Assembly (NCBI GenBank): GCA_030704665.1
Contig: JAUYID010000009.1
Span: 458,460 to 522,459 of the forward strand
Origin: a bacterium
GTDB lineage: Bacteria; Patescibacteriota; Microgenomatia; Woykebacterales; RBG-16-39-9b
Length of the DNA stretch: 64,000 nt
Direction of reading: 5' to 3'
Position 1 is the first letter of the stretch; each line of letters starts with the position of its first letter. The notes under the pieces were generated by a model. It saw only the letters and a program-made list of their open reading frames with translations. It was not told the DNA's origin and made no database searches. The position numbers were made by a program, and so were the translations under genes. Shown one piece after another: positions 7,968 through 16,577 of this stretch.

Positions 7968-8321
7968 ATGCCTTATTCAGTTGAAGAAACACGGGATTTT
8001 ACGGTTTATAAAGTGGACAATTTTTTTACCTTTCAGGATATGGACGCTCTTACCGAGCAGTTCGATCAATTGCTTGAGAAAGACCCGGCCGCGCGCGTCC
8101 TGCTTGATTTCTCGGCGCAAACTGGCTATGAAGAGGCAACAATCAAGGCGGCCTTCCGCCGTATCGACAAAGGTTTTCCCCGGAGCCTAAAAATGGCGAT
8201 TCTCTACGCCGGCGAAGGCGGTATTTACAAACACGTTCTAGCAATGCTGGCCGCTGCCATGCCGGAAGTAGCTAAGTTTTTCTCCAGTCGCGCCGAAGCT
8301 GAAGCTTGGCTCAAAAGTTAA
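7968..8321 (+). CDS. STAS/SpoIIAA-like small protein (putative anti-sigma-factor antagonist or DUF1987-like)
   Basis: About 117 aa with an alpha/beta pattern, VLLDFSAQTGYEEATIKAAF. Confidence 0.4.
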   Translation: MPYSVEETRDFTVYKVDNFFTFQDMDALTEQFDQLLEKDPAARVLLDFSAQTGYEEATIKAAFRRIDKGFPRSLKMAILYAGEGGIYKHVLAMLAAAMPEVAKFFSSRAEAEAWLKS

Positions 8322-8345
8322 ATCCCAAAGTAACAATACTATAGG

Positions 8346-8374
8346 TTGATAGAATTGCACTTTTGTGCTAGAAT
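8346..8374 (+). promoter_or_regulatory. Sigma70-type promoter TTGATA-17-TAGAAT
   Basis: Near-consensus hexamers with a 17 nt spacer, about 70 nt upstream of the ATG at 8447. Confidence 0.5.
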
Positions 8375-8446
8375 TCTTCTCGCTGACGGATCACAGCTCT
8401 CGCCTCTTGGTGAGTGCCTTGAATGGTCGTTGGTGAGTGAAAGGAG

Positions 8447-8863
8447 TTGGCAGAGATGCCAGCAAGAAGTGCGCACGTAGTGCGGGACCTCATGGGGGAG
8501 AAGGTCGCTGGTCTCACGGCCAGTGAAACAGACCCTCTCAATGAGGCGTTTCAGCTGGTGGATGTGATTACCCATCTCAAAGAGTGGGGTTTGTCGCAAC
8601 TGACAGCGTCTGGTAAGGGCTTGCAGGTAGGTCAGTCTGAGGGGAAGACTCTCTACTTGACCGCCAATGGCCGCTTCCTCTTGCGGGTTGTGGACTTGGA
8701 AATTCCGATCGGTGTGCAACAAGCCATCGATATCTTCGGGTTCCATAGCCTCAACCACGCGATCGGTGAAGCCATCATTGCTAGCTTGCAGAATTGCCGG
8801 GCCAACAATGAGTACTGGGCAGAGCTTTCAAAGCGTGCCGAGGAACTCTTGAAGGCCATCTAG
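8447..8863 (+). CDS. Hypothetical protein, 138 aa
   Basis: AAAGGAG SD 8 nt upstream. The antisense ORF 8339..8758 is judged spurious. Confidence 0.5.
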   Translation: MAEMPARSAHVVRDLMGEKVAGLTASETDPLNEAFQLVDVITHLKEWGLSQLTASGKGLQVGQSEGKTLYLTANGRFLLRVVDLEIPIGVQQAIDIFGFHSLNHAIGEAIIASLQNCRANNEYWAELSKRAEELLKAI

Positions 8864-9082
8864 CCTGTTGTCCTCTCAACTAGATATGTAAGAGATCAGA
8901 GAAACACAAAGGCATCCTAAACTTTCCCGGGTTTTTGGTGCTCACTCTTCAGCAATGGAGAAAAACGGGAGCAAGAAAAGGAGAGGTTAAGACCAACCAC
9001 AAGAAGTGGAACTACTGGCTTAACGATCAACAGGCAGCATTAATGGAGAACATGTTAAATCTCCAGAATCATGTTGCCGAAT

Positions 9083-9117
9083 CCTAAGACAATCAAGAAA
9101 TTGGTTGGTTTAGGAAG
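9083..9117. repeat. Repeat copy A: CCTAAGACAATCA-N6-TGGTTGGTTTAGGAAG, an imperfect palindrome
   Basis: Copy B at 9687-9724 has identical arms with a 9-nt spacer. Together they flank gene 9162..9563 as direct repeats. Confidence 0.6.
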
Positions 9118-9161
9118 TTTCATGATCCAAATGTGTTCGTGGGCTTTAGCTTCTGAAAGGA

Positions 9162-9563
9162 GTGGGAATGGATCTCTATTTAATGCCGGGTGAACCTGGG
9201 TATTTGTGGACCTTTCTTTGGGAAGCACTTCCCTATTCGGTCCAAGTACGAAATGGTAAGGTCCTTCGACTGGTGGGAATAACTGACCATGTTAAACCCA
9301 AAAGGGATGGGCGTGACCATTTTATTCTCGCAAAAACACTCGCCAATCTGGACATTACTCGAGTAACAGTCAGGCTCAACGAAGCAGCCCTGGAAAAGTT
9401 TGCGGCTTTGGAAGAGCAAGCCCCTGTTTTGATGGGGTCCTTCACACTAACCTCGGTTTCTGGTTCATCGTCGGCCAGTTTGACCAGAATAGTTCGTGCA
9501 GATGGAATTCTTCCAATCACCGATGTACTTTCGGAAGCCGAAGCGCGAGACCGTTTTAGGTAA
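9162..9563 (+). CDS. Hypothetical protein, 133 aa
   Basis: AAAGGAGTGGG SD. Flanked by the two repeat copies. Confidence 0.5.
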   Translation: MGMDLYLMPGEPGYLWTFLWEALPYSVQVRNGKVLRLVGITDHVKPKRDGRDHFILAKTLANLDITRVTVRLNEAALEKFAALEEQAPVLMGSFTLTSVSGSSSASLTRIVRADGILPITDVLSEAEARDRFR

Positions 9564-9686
9564 CGACAAGGCCCGACCCCTTTTTTGCCCTCAAAATCCT
9601 GTCTCGCGAGAGAGAGGTAGTCACGGTTACCACTGGAGGTTTCCCGTCGACTCAATTAAAAAAGGTTATCTAAAAACCTCCAACTC

Positions 9687-9724
9687 CCTAAGACAATCAT
9701 TTAATTGATGGTTGGTTTAGGAAG
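9687..9724. repeat. Repeat copy B: CCTAAGACAATCA-N9-TGGTTGGTTTAGGAAG
   Basis: See copy A. Confidence 0.6.
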
Positions 9725-9728
9725 AGAC

Positions 9729-9752
9729 GCGAGCTGAAAGGCTCGTTTTTCT
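9729..9752 (+). terminator. Hairpin plus T-run terminator
   Basis: GCGAGCtgaaagGCTCG then TTTTTC. Confidence 0.4.
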
Positions 9753-9827
9753 TTGGCCAAAATGTCATTCTTGACCTGCTTGAGAATCTAGATCCTCATC
9801 TACACGAGGATGACAATCATGAAACTT

Positions 9828-10043
9828 TTAACTAACTGCTCTTGGGGCTTTTTTGGTTTGGAGGAGAAGTTTTTTTGCAGCTTTTGCAGCCAGTTCTTCT
9901 TCGACAATTTTTTGACAATCTTTGTCAGGACACACGTAGACATAGCGTACGGTGTTGACAGTATTCATGATGAGAGTTTTTTCTTTCCCGCGCACCCGTT
10001 CTTTTCCACAACGAATACATGGATTGCTGATTGTATCAGTCAT
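9828..10043 (-). CDS. Small four-cysteine zinc-ribbon protein
   Basis: CIRCGK...CPDKDC. It lies 36 nt downstream of the RRM gene, so co-transcription is likely. Confidence 0.4.
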   Translation of the reverse strand: MTDTISNPCIRCGKERVRGKEKTLIMNTVNTVRYVYVCPDKDCQKIVEEELAAKAAKKLLLQTKKAPRAVS

Positions 10044-10079
10044 TTAAATCAATTCTGGGCAGTTGGGCAGGTCCAAGCC

Positions 10080-10341
10080 TTATCGGCTTGGTCGTTCTTC
10101 ACGAGGTCTAGCCTCGTTAACGACGATGGCTCGGCCATCAACTTCTTTACCATTAAGCTCAGAGACAGCTTTGGTAGCTTCCTCATCGCTAGACATTTCT
10201 ACAAAACCGAAACCTTTGCTTCGGCCAGAGAACTTGTCCATGATAACGTTTGCTGACTCGACTGTGCCAGCAGCTGAGAAAATCTCAGCGAGTTGTTGAT
10301 CGGTAACGGTATAAGGTAAGCTACCGACGAATAATCTTTTA
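10080..10341 (-). CDS. RRM-domain RNA-binding protein
   Basis: RNP-2 motif LFVGSL and RNP-1 motif KGFGFVEM. AAAGGAG SD. GTG start at 10341 within the longer listed ORF. Confidence 0.75.
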
Positions 10342-10517
10342 GCCACTATTATGGCTCCTTTCACACTTTACTACCAACTATCTAACTTTCACTACACAAG
10401 GGAAAACTTGGAGATTTGCTAGAGCGGAGTAAAACTTATTTATAATAAGGGAATTATATACATAGTTGAGGGTACTTGTCAAAGTTAGCAACCTTTTCAG
10501 AACGAGATAACCAAAGT

Positions 10518-10796
10518 TTAAACTAAATCATCGGGACTTGGCGTGTAGGGTTTTGGTGTTTGGGCAGTTGGTTCTACTTCGGTTTCTGAGCTGATTTGGT
10601 CTGAGAACTGCTGGACACGGCCAATAATTCCTGAAGTGAGTCTGACTTTATGGCCTCGAGGATGGACTTCTTTGCTGGTCAGGACATCTTTGACGGTTCC
10701 ACTGGTAAGTTCTCCACTGCCGTAGTCTTTCTTCTGAACTACAAGAACTTTCTCCCCCACTTTGGGTTTGCGTGAGCCAACGATATAATCACTCAT
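10518..10796 (-). CDS. YwbE/DUF2196-family small protein
   Basis: GTVKDVLTSKEVHPRGHKVRLTSGIIGRVQ matches the YwbE signature. Confidence 0.6.
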   Translation of the reverse strand: MSDYIVGSRKPKVGEKVLVVQKKDYGSGELTSGTVKDVLTSKEVHPRGHKVRLTSGIIGRVQQFSDQISSETEVEPTAQTPKPYTPSPDDLV

Positions 10797-11043
10797 GATG
10801 TTTGGTTTTCTTGCGGTGGTGGGCTTCTAGCTCCTCATCATGAGAAATGATAAAGGCGAGAAAAAGGGCTGCTGAAGCAAAAGTAAAGAGGAAAAAAGTC
10901 GTTTTCAGAAGTGGTGAACAGGATACTAGGGCCGGGTTTCCAGCTGGAACAAAAGGAGCTGAACAGGCGGTTACCAGCGCGTAGTTGATAAAAGCTGCAA
11001 GAGCCAAAACCGCGGCTCCGGTAAAAAAGAACCACTTCTTCAT
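10789..11043 (-). CDS. Small membrane or lipoprotein-like hypothetical protein
   Basis: Two hydrophobic helices. 8-nt overlap with the downstream gene. Confidence 0.35.
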   Translation of the reverse strand: MKKWFFFTGAAVLALAAFINYALVTACSAPFVPAGNPALVSCSPLLKTTFFLFTFASAALFLAFIISHDEELEAHHRKKTKHHE

Positions 11044-11113
11044 CTTTCAATTTTACCAGATTTGGGAACCCGTTGGGTTGAGGGAGACTGGGCGGGGCGT
11101 TCCCAGTCTCCTA

Positions 11114-11746
11114 TTAGGGCAGATATTCCAAAGGATCGACTCTCACACCATTGACGATGACTTCGAAGTGCAAGTGTGGGCCAGTTGAGTAGCCGGTCGC
11201 ACCAAGTAAGCCGATGACTTGACCTTGAGTTATTTTTTCTCCTTGCTTGACCTTAAGACGGTTGAGATGAGCGTAAAGAGTTTCTACCCCTGGTGTCATC
11301 TCGAAGAAACCGTCACTGAGAAGCGGGCCAGTTTGCTCGAAGATGACGATGTAGTAGCCGTAGCTGCAGCAAGGGTTACCTCCAGAGAAAACCACTTCCC
11401 CGTTTGTGGAAGCGATGACTGGTTCCCAGGCTCGCTCGTTGCCGTCGATGTCAATTCCCAGAGGATGACTTGGTCCGTAAGGCGAAGCAAGCGGACCTTC
11501 AAAGGGCCAGACAAGACCTTCCTCGGAAACTCCTTTTGGTGAGGAGTAAACGGTGACCTCTTTAGTTTCTCCGAGGTTGGAGACTAGGTAAACAGTCTGG
11601 GGATTGCCCAGTTTTGTCCCTTCCGGTTTTGGCGCTGCAATCAGCCCGATCAGCGAGAAGCCAAAGAGGAAAGTCCCGACCGCCATACCGAGCACTTGCC
11701 TTCCAGTTGGAACGTGAGCGTTCCTCACGAGAATCTCTCCCTCCAC
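11114..11746 (-). CDS. M23-family metallopeptidase (LytM domain)
   Basis: GATGYSTGPHLHFEV motif. N-terminal transmembrane helix. Confidence 0.8.
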   Translation of the reverse strand: MEGEILVRNAHVPTGRQVLGMAVGTFLFGFSLIGLIAAPKPEGTKLGNPQTVYLVSNLGETKEVTVYSSPKGVSEEGLVWPFEGPLASPYGPSHPLGIDIDGNERAWEPVIASTNGEVVFSGGNPCCSYGYYIVIFEQTGPLLSDGFFEMTPGVETLYAHLNRLKVKQGEKITQGQVIGLLGATGYSTGPHLHFEVIVNGVRVDPLEYLP

Positions 11747-11763
11747 TCTCTTCCTTGAATTGT

Positions 11764-12234
11764 CTAGTTGATTAGTTTAACAGGATCTTGCAACTGCAAG
11801 TTCTTTTGATCAAAAAACCCTGCCGGGATTTCAAGAACCTCAGTTACTTTGTCTGGAGAAGAAAAGATCGGAATTGAAGTTCCGGTTGGGACAGGTGCAG
11901 ACTTTTCTACCCCGATGACCTTCCCTTGATCAATCCAGATGATATCAATCGAAAAAAGCATGTCTTTCATCCAGAAAGTCTGCCGGCTTCTTTCTTTGAA
12001 AACAAAATACATGCCAGTATCTGCTTTTAGCTCGGCTTGCCCGCTCAAGCCGCGCACGATTTTTTCGTGGCTATCAGCAATTTCGACGGAAATTTGTTGG
12101 CTGCCAATTTTCAGTAGGTGAGTTTCGCCCTTCGTAGTGGTGGGTTTGCTCGTCTGGAAAGTCAAATAGAGACTAACCAAAACAGTCAGAATCAGAAAAA
12201 GGCCAAGAAGTATAGTCAGGAGGCTAGGCTTCAT
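11764..12234 (-). CDS. DUF192 (COG1430) family protein
   Basis: N-terminal transmembrane helix. GMYFVFK...DIIWID...VLEIPAGF pattern. Confidence 0.6.
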   Translation of the reverse strand: MKPSLLTILLGLFLILTVLVSLYLTFQTSKPTTTKGETHLLKIGSQQISVEIADSHEKIVRGLSGQAELKADTGMYFVFKERSRQTFWMKDMLFSIDIIWIDQGKVIGVEKSAPVPTGTSIPIFSSPDKVTEVLEIPAGFFDQKNLQLQDPVKLIN

Positions 12235-12559
12235 AAAAATATTTTACCTCAGAAAACGGAGAGGCGCACGAAACTGAGATACTGTGGTTGATTTCCTGTA
12301 CCAAAGCTCGTGCGCCGTTTTCCCTTCTTCCACATTTTTACCCTATCGAGTGGTCCAGGGAAGCTAGCCTTTCTGCAAGGGGCTTTCAGTCTCGACAAAG
12401 CAGTTGATCTCTTTGATGCTGAGGGGGTTTCGCACCAGTCGTTTAGGCGGCGGGTACTAGTTCGGGTGCTCGGTGCGAAACCCAGAAGGAACCTCAGCGC
12501 CTTAATTTTAGAACTGCTTGTTCGGCAAATGCAAGATAGTATTTGGGGTGGGGGGGGGA

Positions 12560-12720
12560 AACAGAGAAAGCGCACAGTGAGAAGTCCATCCAGCGTTTAG
12601 CTTGACAGCACTGTGCGCTTTACTCTCTCCTAGTGGGTGCCGGGTGGTTAGTTAGCCAATCTGTAAATCAACTAACCCTGGTACTTTTCAGGGGGTGGAG
12701 TACAAGACAAAATCACCCGG
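12560..12720. other. Structured-RNA-like element: a perfect 13-bp inverted repeat and a three-way-junction-like hairpin cluster
   Basis: AAAGCGCACAGTG...CACTGTGCGCTTT. CCGGGTG encloses GGTTAGTT...AACTAACC and CCCTG...CAGGG and closes with CACCCGG. The surrounding 12250-12940 is GC-rich with no convincing ORF. Confidence 0.3.
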
Positions 12721-12929
12721 CTCTAACTTTCTTCTTGGCTCTGCGGACCATCAGACAGTGTTGATGGAAGAAGATTCAAGGAGGAGAGACGTGCGCCTCA
12801 CGCGGAGTTGCTCGCCTTTCCAGAGAACGATGGCCGTTTGAACGCGAACCATGGGGATAAGCGAACACAGAGATCAGTCCCTCTCCAAGTTTGATCTCTC
12901 ACAGAGCTTGGTTATTTTACAAATTTAAA

Positions 12930-12939
12930 CTAAATTTAG
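12930..12939. promoter_or_regulatory. Perfect 10-bp palindrome CTAAATTTAG overlapping the dinB promoter; candidate SOS/LexA-like operator
   Basis: It sits about 55 nt upstream of the dinB ATG, next to a TAATAT -10-like hexamer. Confidence 0.3.
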
Positions 12940-12996
12940 CAAGTGATACACTTTGTCCGAATTGACTCTTTCGCTCTTCTTTCGGATAATATAAAC

Positions 12997-14214
12997 ATGT
13001 CTGCTCGTAGCTACTGGATGCATCTCGATCTCGATTGTTTCTTTGCTTCGGTTGAGATCAAACTTAACCCATCGTTGAAAGGTAAACCAGTCTTGGTTGG
13101 TGGTGTCAATCCCCAAGGAAAAAGTGTTCCTCGGGGTGTCGTCGCCACTGCCTCCTATGAAGCGAGAAAATTCGGTTGCAAGAGCGGGATGCCTCTTTTC
13201 CAAGCCTTAAAACTTTGTCCGGGGGCTAGCGTTGTCGGTGGTCATTACCAAGACTATATTTCTGCTTCGCGTCAAGTCATGGCGATTGCGGCTCGTTGGG
13301 CCCCAAAAGTTGAGCAGATCGGTATTGATGAAGCTTTTCTCGACTTTTCAGGAACCGAGGTTATTTATCCAGATTTAAAGACAGTTGCCGAAAAAATCCG
13401 TGCCGAGATCAAAAAAGAAGTTGGAATCATAGCTTCAATTGGTTTGGCCGCGACCAAAGTAGTCGCCAAAGTCGCTTCAGATTACGACAAACCTGACGGC
13501 TTTACTTACGTTCCCTCTGGAACCGAAAAAACCTTTCTTTCTCCTCTAGCCGTCCGCGATTTGCCCGGAATTGGGCCCAAAACGGAGATTTATTTTCTGG
13601 GTTTGGGAGTGAAAACTCTAGGCGAAGTGGCGTCTTTACCAGCAGAAAAAATTAAAAGTTTCGATAAGGCTCTGACTGGTCTGTGGAGAGCGGCGAACGG
13701 TTTCGATAACGTTTGGTACACTCCCCGCCTGACGGCTAAGTCAGTTTCTCGTAGCGAGACTTTTTATACCGATCGAGATGACGAAAAGTTTATTTTGGCA
13801 ATGCTAAGGAAGTTAACTGAGTCAGTTGGTGAAGAGTTGCGAGCCGAAGGGTTTTCGGGGCGTTGTGTTTCAGTAACAATTCGTTATTCTGACTTCCGGT
13901 TTATTTCTCGACAGCGTGTTCTCCCCTATCCAACCAACATAACTAAAGAAATTTATGATCTGGGAGAAATACTGCTGGAAGAACTTTGGGATTCAAAAAC
14001 GCCGTTGCGTTTGGTTGGGATTGGGATTTCTCAGTTTGAAGACAAAAAGCAGCCGACACTTTTTGAGGGTCTGCGAACAAAAAGACTTGAGCTTGAAGAA
14101 AGAATTGATAGCTTAAGAAATAAATATGGTAAAGATGCGGTCGTTCCAGCTAGCCAAATGCTCCTCAAGGGAAATTCCAAAGATTTTGAAGAAATAAGTT
14201 TCAGAAGAAAATAG
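12997..14214 (+). CDS. dinB: DNA polymerase IV (Y-family translesion polymerase)
   Basis: HLDLDCFFASVE catalytic motif, SIGLAATKVVAKVASDYDKPDG, little-finger domain. Start chosen at MSARSYWMHLDLD. Confidence 0.85.
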   Translation: MSARSYWMHLDLDCFFASVEIKLNPSLKGKPVLVGGVNPQGKSVPRGVVATASYEARKFGCKSGMPLFQALKLCPGASVVGGHYQDYISASRQVMAIAARWAPKVEQIGIDEAFLDFSGTEVIYPDLKTVAEKIRAEIKKEVGIIASIGLAATKVVAKVASDYDKPDGFTYVPSGTEKTFLSPLAVRDLPGIGPKTEIYFLGLGVKTLGEVASLPAEKIKSFDKALTGLWRAANGFDNVWYTPRLTAKSVSRSETFYTDRDDEKFILAMLRKLTESVGEELRAEGFSGRCVSVTIRYSDFRFISRQRVLPYPTNITKEIYDLGEILLEELWDSKTPLRLVGIGISQFEDKKQPTLFEGLRTKRLELEERIDSLRNKYGKDAVVPASQMLLKGNSKDFEEISFRRK

Positions 14215-14217
14215 GTT

Positions 14218-15369
14218 CTAAAAACGAGAGCGGCGCGCAGGGTGATCGTCATCGAGGGCGATGTGACGGTACTCACTTACTACGCGCCGTTCCAACACAG
14301 AACTGGGGGAGCTCTGGTGTTGGTAAATTTGCCTGGCGACTGGGCGTATCCGGACGGGTGTCCAGACTGAAGAACTCTCTGGCGGAGAACGCATCAGCGC
14401 TGTACAGCTTCCCGAATCACCAGGCCCTCCCAGAGTCGCGCACGTGAGTGGCGAGCTGTAGAGGCAATTTAAACCCGCTTCAGACCGCAGCAATTGCTTG
14501 CGCTGTCCAAAGAAGGAGTGATCTCAGTCTCCCCTTTTGTACCGTGCTACTAGAGGGGATTCCGGGGGCGGTTTTGCCGACCCAATTAATTAAGGATTAC
14601 TCATTCCCAAAGTCTTGGTACACGGCCAAGACAAGCTAATAGCCAAGGTTGGGCGGGACTTAAGGGGTACCCTCCGTGCTCCAATTTTCTGAAGATCACG
14701 GACTATAACCATCCCCTCTTTCGGCCTTGGCGATTCCCCAGTACGGCGGTCAGGAGAAGTCGACGCCCGCAGTTACCGACTGCACGTTCACTAGGTAGCT
14801 CGCTTGCGCGGCACCAGCGACGAGTCGGCAGACACACAAAGGTATCAACGCGGGGCGTGGTTCGAAGCTGTCGGGACTATTACCTTTACGCGTGCAACAC
14901 GCACCGAAATGCATGGCCGCGAGGAGTTAACCCTTGAGAGGGTACCCGACTCTACGTCGTTTGAACGACGCTGCTGGACGCTACCTGCCGCCGTACTGGA
15001 TGAATCCGAGAGTTTCCCACCGAGGTGAGCTTTCCTTGCGGATGTTCGCCGCTAGGATGCCATTTAGAGGCCGGACCGACACTGCCGGATCCGTTCTGCC
15101 CCTGTTACCTCGGTGGGGTCCCGAAGGACAAACTACTCTCTAGTTTCCTAAAGAGCGGATTGTCCGTCAGGACATCTCGTTTCTCTACTTTCTAAATAGT
15201 CAAAGTACGTATGCAAATTTAAGACAAAGATTTCTTTTTGTCAATAAAGCTGCGCTATATTAGCAAAAAATGAAAATAATGTCAAGACTATAGGACGCTC
15301 GTATTTGATATCTCCTGCCGGAGATCAAATACTGCGCATCCTGCGCTCATCGATCTTGGGATTTCAAGA
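14218..15369. other. GC-rich segment of about 1.15 kb with no long ORF; candidate large structured RNA or rRNA-derived remnant
   Basis: The longest ORF is under 92 aa. Many local hairpins. Short stretches resemble conserved 23S rRNA segments (CCCCAGTACGGCGG, GTTACCGACTGCACG, ACTATAACC, CCTTTAC), but their order is scrambled and no sarcin-ricin loop is visible. Confidence 0.3.
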
Positions 15370-16533
15370 CTAAATATTCTTCTCAGTATCGGGGATGGTT
15401 AGTTTGTAGCGAATTTGTTGGTAAGCAAAGCGAATTGCGGCGTTGATCAGGTAAGTTAAAGCTAGCAAAATTAGGAAGTAAATGACCCCAAAACCAGTGA
15501 TAGCCGGAAAAGTTTTGTTGGTCATGTAGCTAAGGATGCTAGCCACGACTCCGATGGTGGTAATCGCGGTCAAAGAGGAAATTTGTTTGCCGGTACTTTT
15601 CCCTTCGAGCTCAACTAGAATTTGGATGGCGCTGGCCAAGTAATCTTTGGTCATCGCCCAGAGTTCTTTGATGTAAGCGTGAGTATCATCCAAAGTTTCA
15701 AATTTGTACTGAAAGAGAGTGGAAAGTTTTTCCTCCACCTCAAGTTTTTTGGAAATTGAGCTGCGAGTTGCAACATAAATACCCATTTGGTTGATACGGT
15801 TGTTGATCAAATTAATCGTTTTTTGGTAGCGGTCGAGTTGACCACGAATTTTCTCGACCTCAGCTCCTTTGACCACCTTGCGTTCTTTGATATCGGCAAT
15901 TTCCTCCCAGACTTTGCGGTGGATATGGAGATACTTTTCCAGCTGGTCTTTGAACTCGCGAAAGAAAATCTGCATCTCAACCAGGTCAGAGGCGGTTTCA
16001 GCTCTCTTCGCAACGATAAAGATAAATTTGTGAGTTTTGTAGACAGTCACGTCTGGTGAATCAATTTTGCTGTAAACCTCTCCAAACTGCTCTTTGTCAA
16101 TGGTAAAGCTTGCCGGTTTTGGGTCTTCAAAAGAAACTACCGTTGGATGGCTGATTTTGATGTTAGCTAGGACTTTGGGGGTAGGGGCGCCTAGGGAAAA
16201 AAGATAGCTGAGGGCGGGGTTAAAAACATTTTCAAAGTAATCCTCGAGGAGTTTTTTGCTCGCCAAAATGTCAGTTGAGGTTAGTTCCAGAATGTAAAGA
16301 CCGTCTTCATAATAGCGAACTTCAATCCCCTCCCCGCTAGTTGCTTTGACGTATTCTAAATAGCCTACTTCACGGCTGACGTGGGTCAGTTTCAAACTTT
16401 CTCGCAGTTTCTCTAGTTTTTCTTTTGGAAGCTCGGTATAGGTATGAGCATGAGCAAAAAAATTGTAAATTTCCGAGAGATGTAGTGTGGTGCGTTGGTA
16501 CCAGCCACCGTAAGTAATTTTGTAGTTGGGCAT
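15370..16533 (-). CDS. Hypothetical protein with a C-terminal two-transmembrane-helix anchor and a coiled-coil; function unknown
   Basis: Start inferred at MPNYKITYGGWY. C-terminal hydrophobic helices. Confidence 0.5.
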   Translation of the reverse strand: MPNYKITYGGWYQRTTLHLSEIYNFFAHAHTYTELPKEKLEKLRESLKLTHVSREVGYLEYVKATSGEGIEVRYYEDGLYILELTSTDILASKKLLEDYFENVFNPALSYLFSLGAPTPKVLANIKISHPTVVSFEDPKPASFTIDKEQFGEVYSKIDSPDVTVYKTHKFIFIVAKRAETASDLVEMQIFFREFKDQLEKYLHIHRKVWEEIADIKERKVVKGAEVEKIRGQLDRYQKTINLINNRINQMGIYVATRSSISKKLEVEEKLSTLFQYKFETLDDTHAYIKELWAMTKDYLASAIQILVELEGKSTGKQISSLTAITTIGVVASILSYMTNKTFPAITGFGVIYFLILLALTYLINAAIRFAYQQIRYKLTIPDTEKNI

Positions 16534-16577
16534 GCATACAAATATTGCCTGAAAGAAAAATTGAAAGCAAGGGGCTT

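Noticed and set aside
8339-8758. 139 aa minus-strand ORF
   Set aside because: The composition is poor in protein-like signal, with many H, R, C and Q residues. The plus-strand gene 8447..8863 has an SD and a promoter.
9810-10256. 148 aa Phe-rich plus-strand ORF
   Set aside because: Antisense shadow of the RRM and zinc-ribbon genes. Implausible composition.
12249-12600. 108 aa minus-strand and 96 aa plus-strand ORFs in the GC-rich region upstream of dinB
   Set aside because: Mutually overlapping. No SD or promoter. The region is better explained as structured non-coding DNA.
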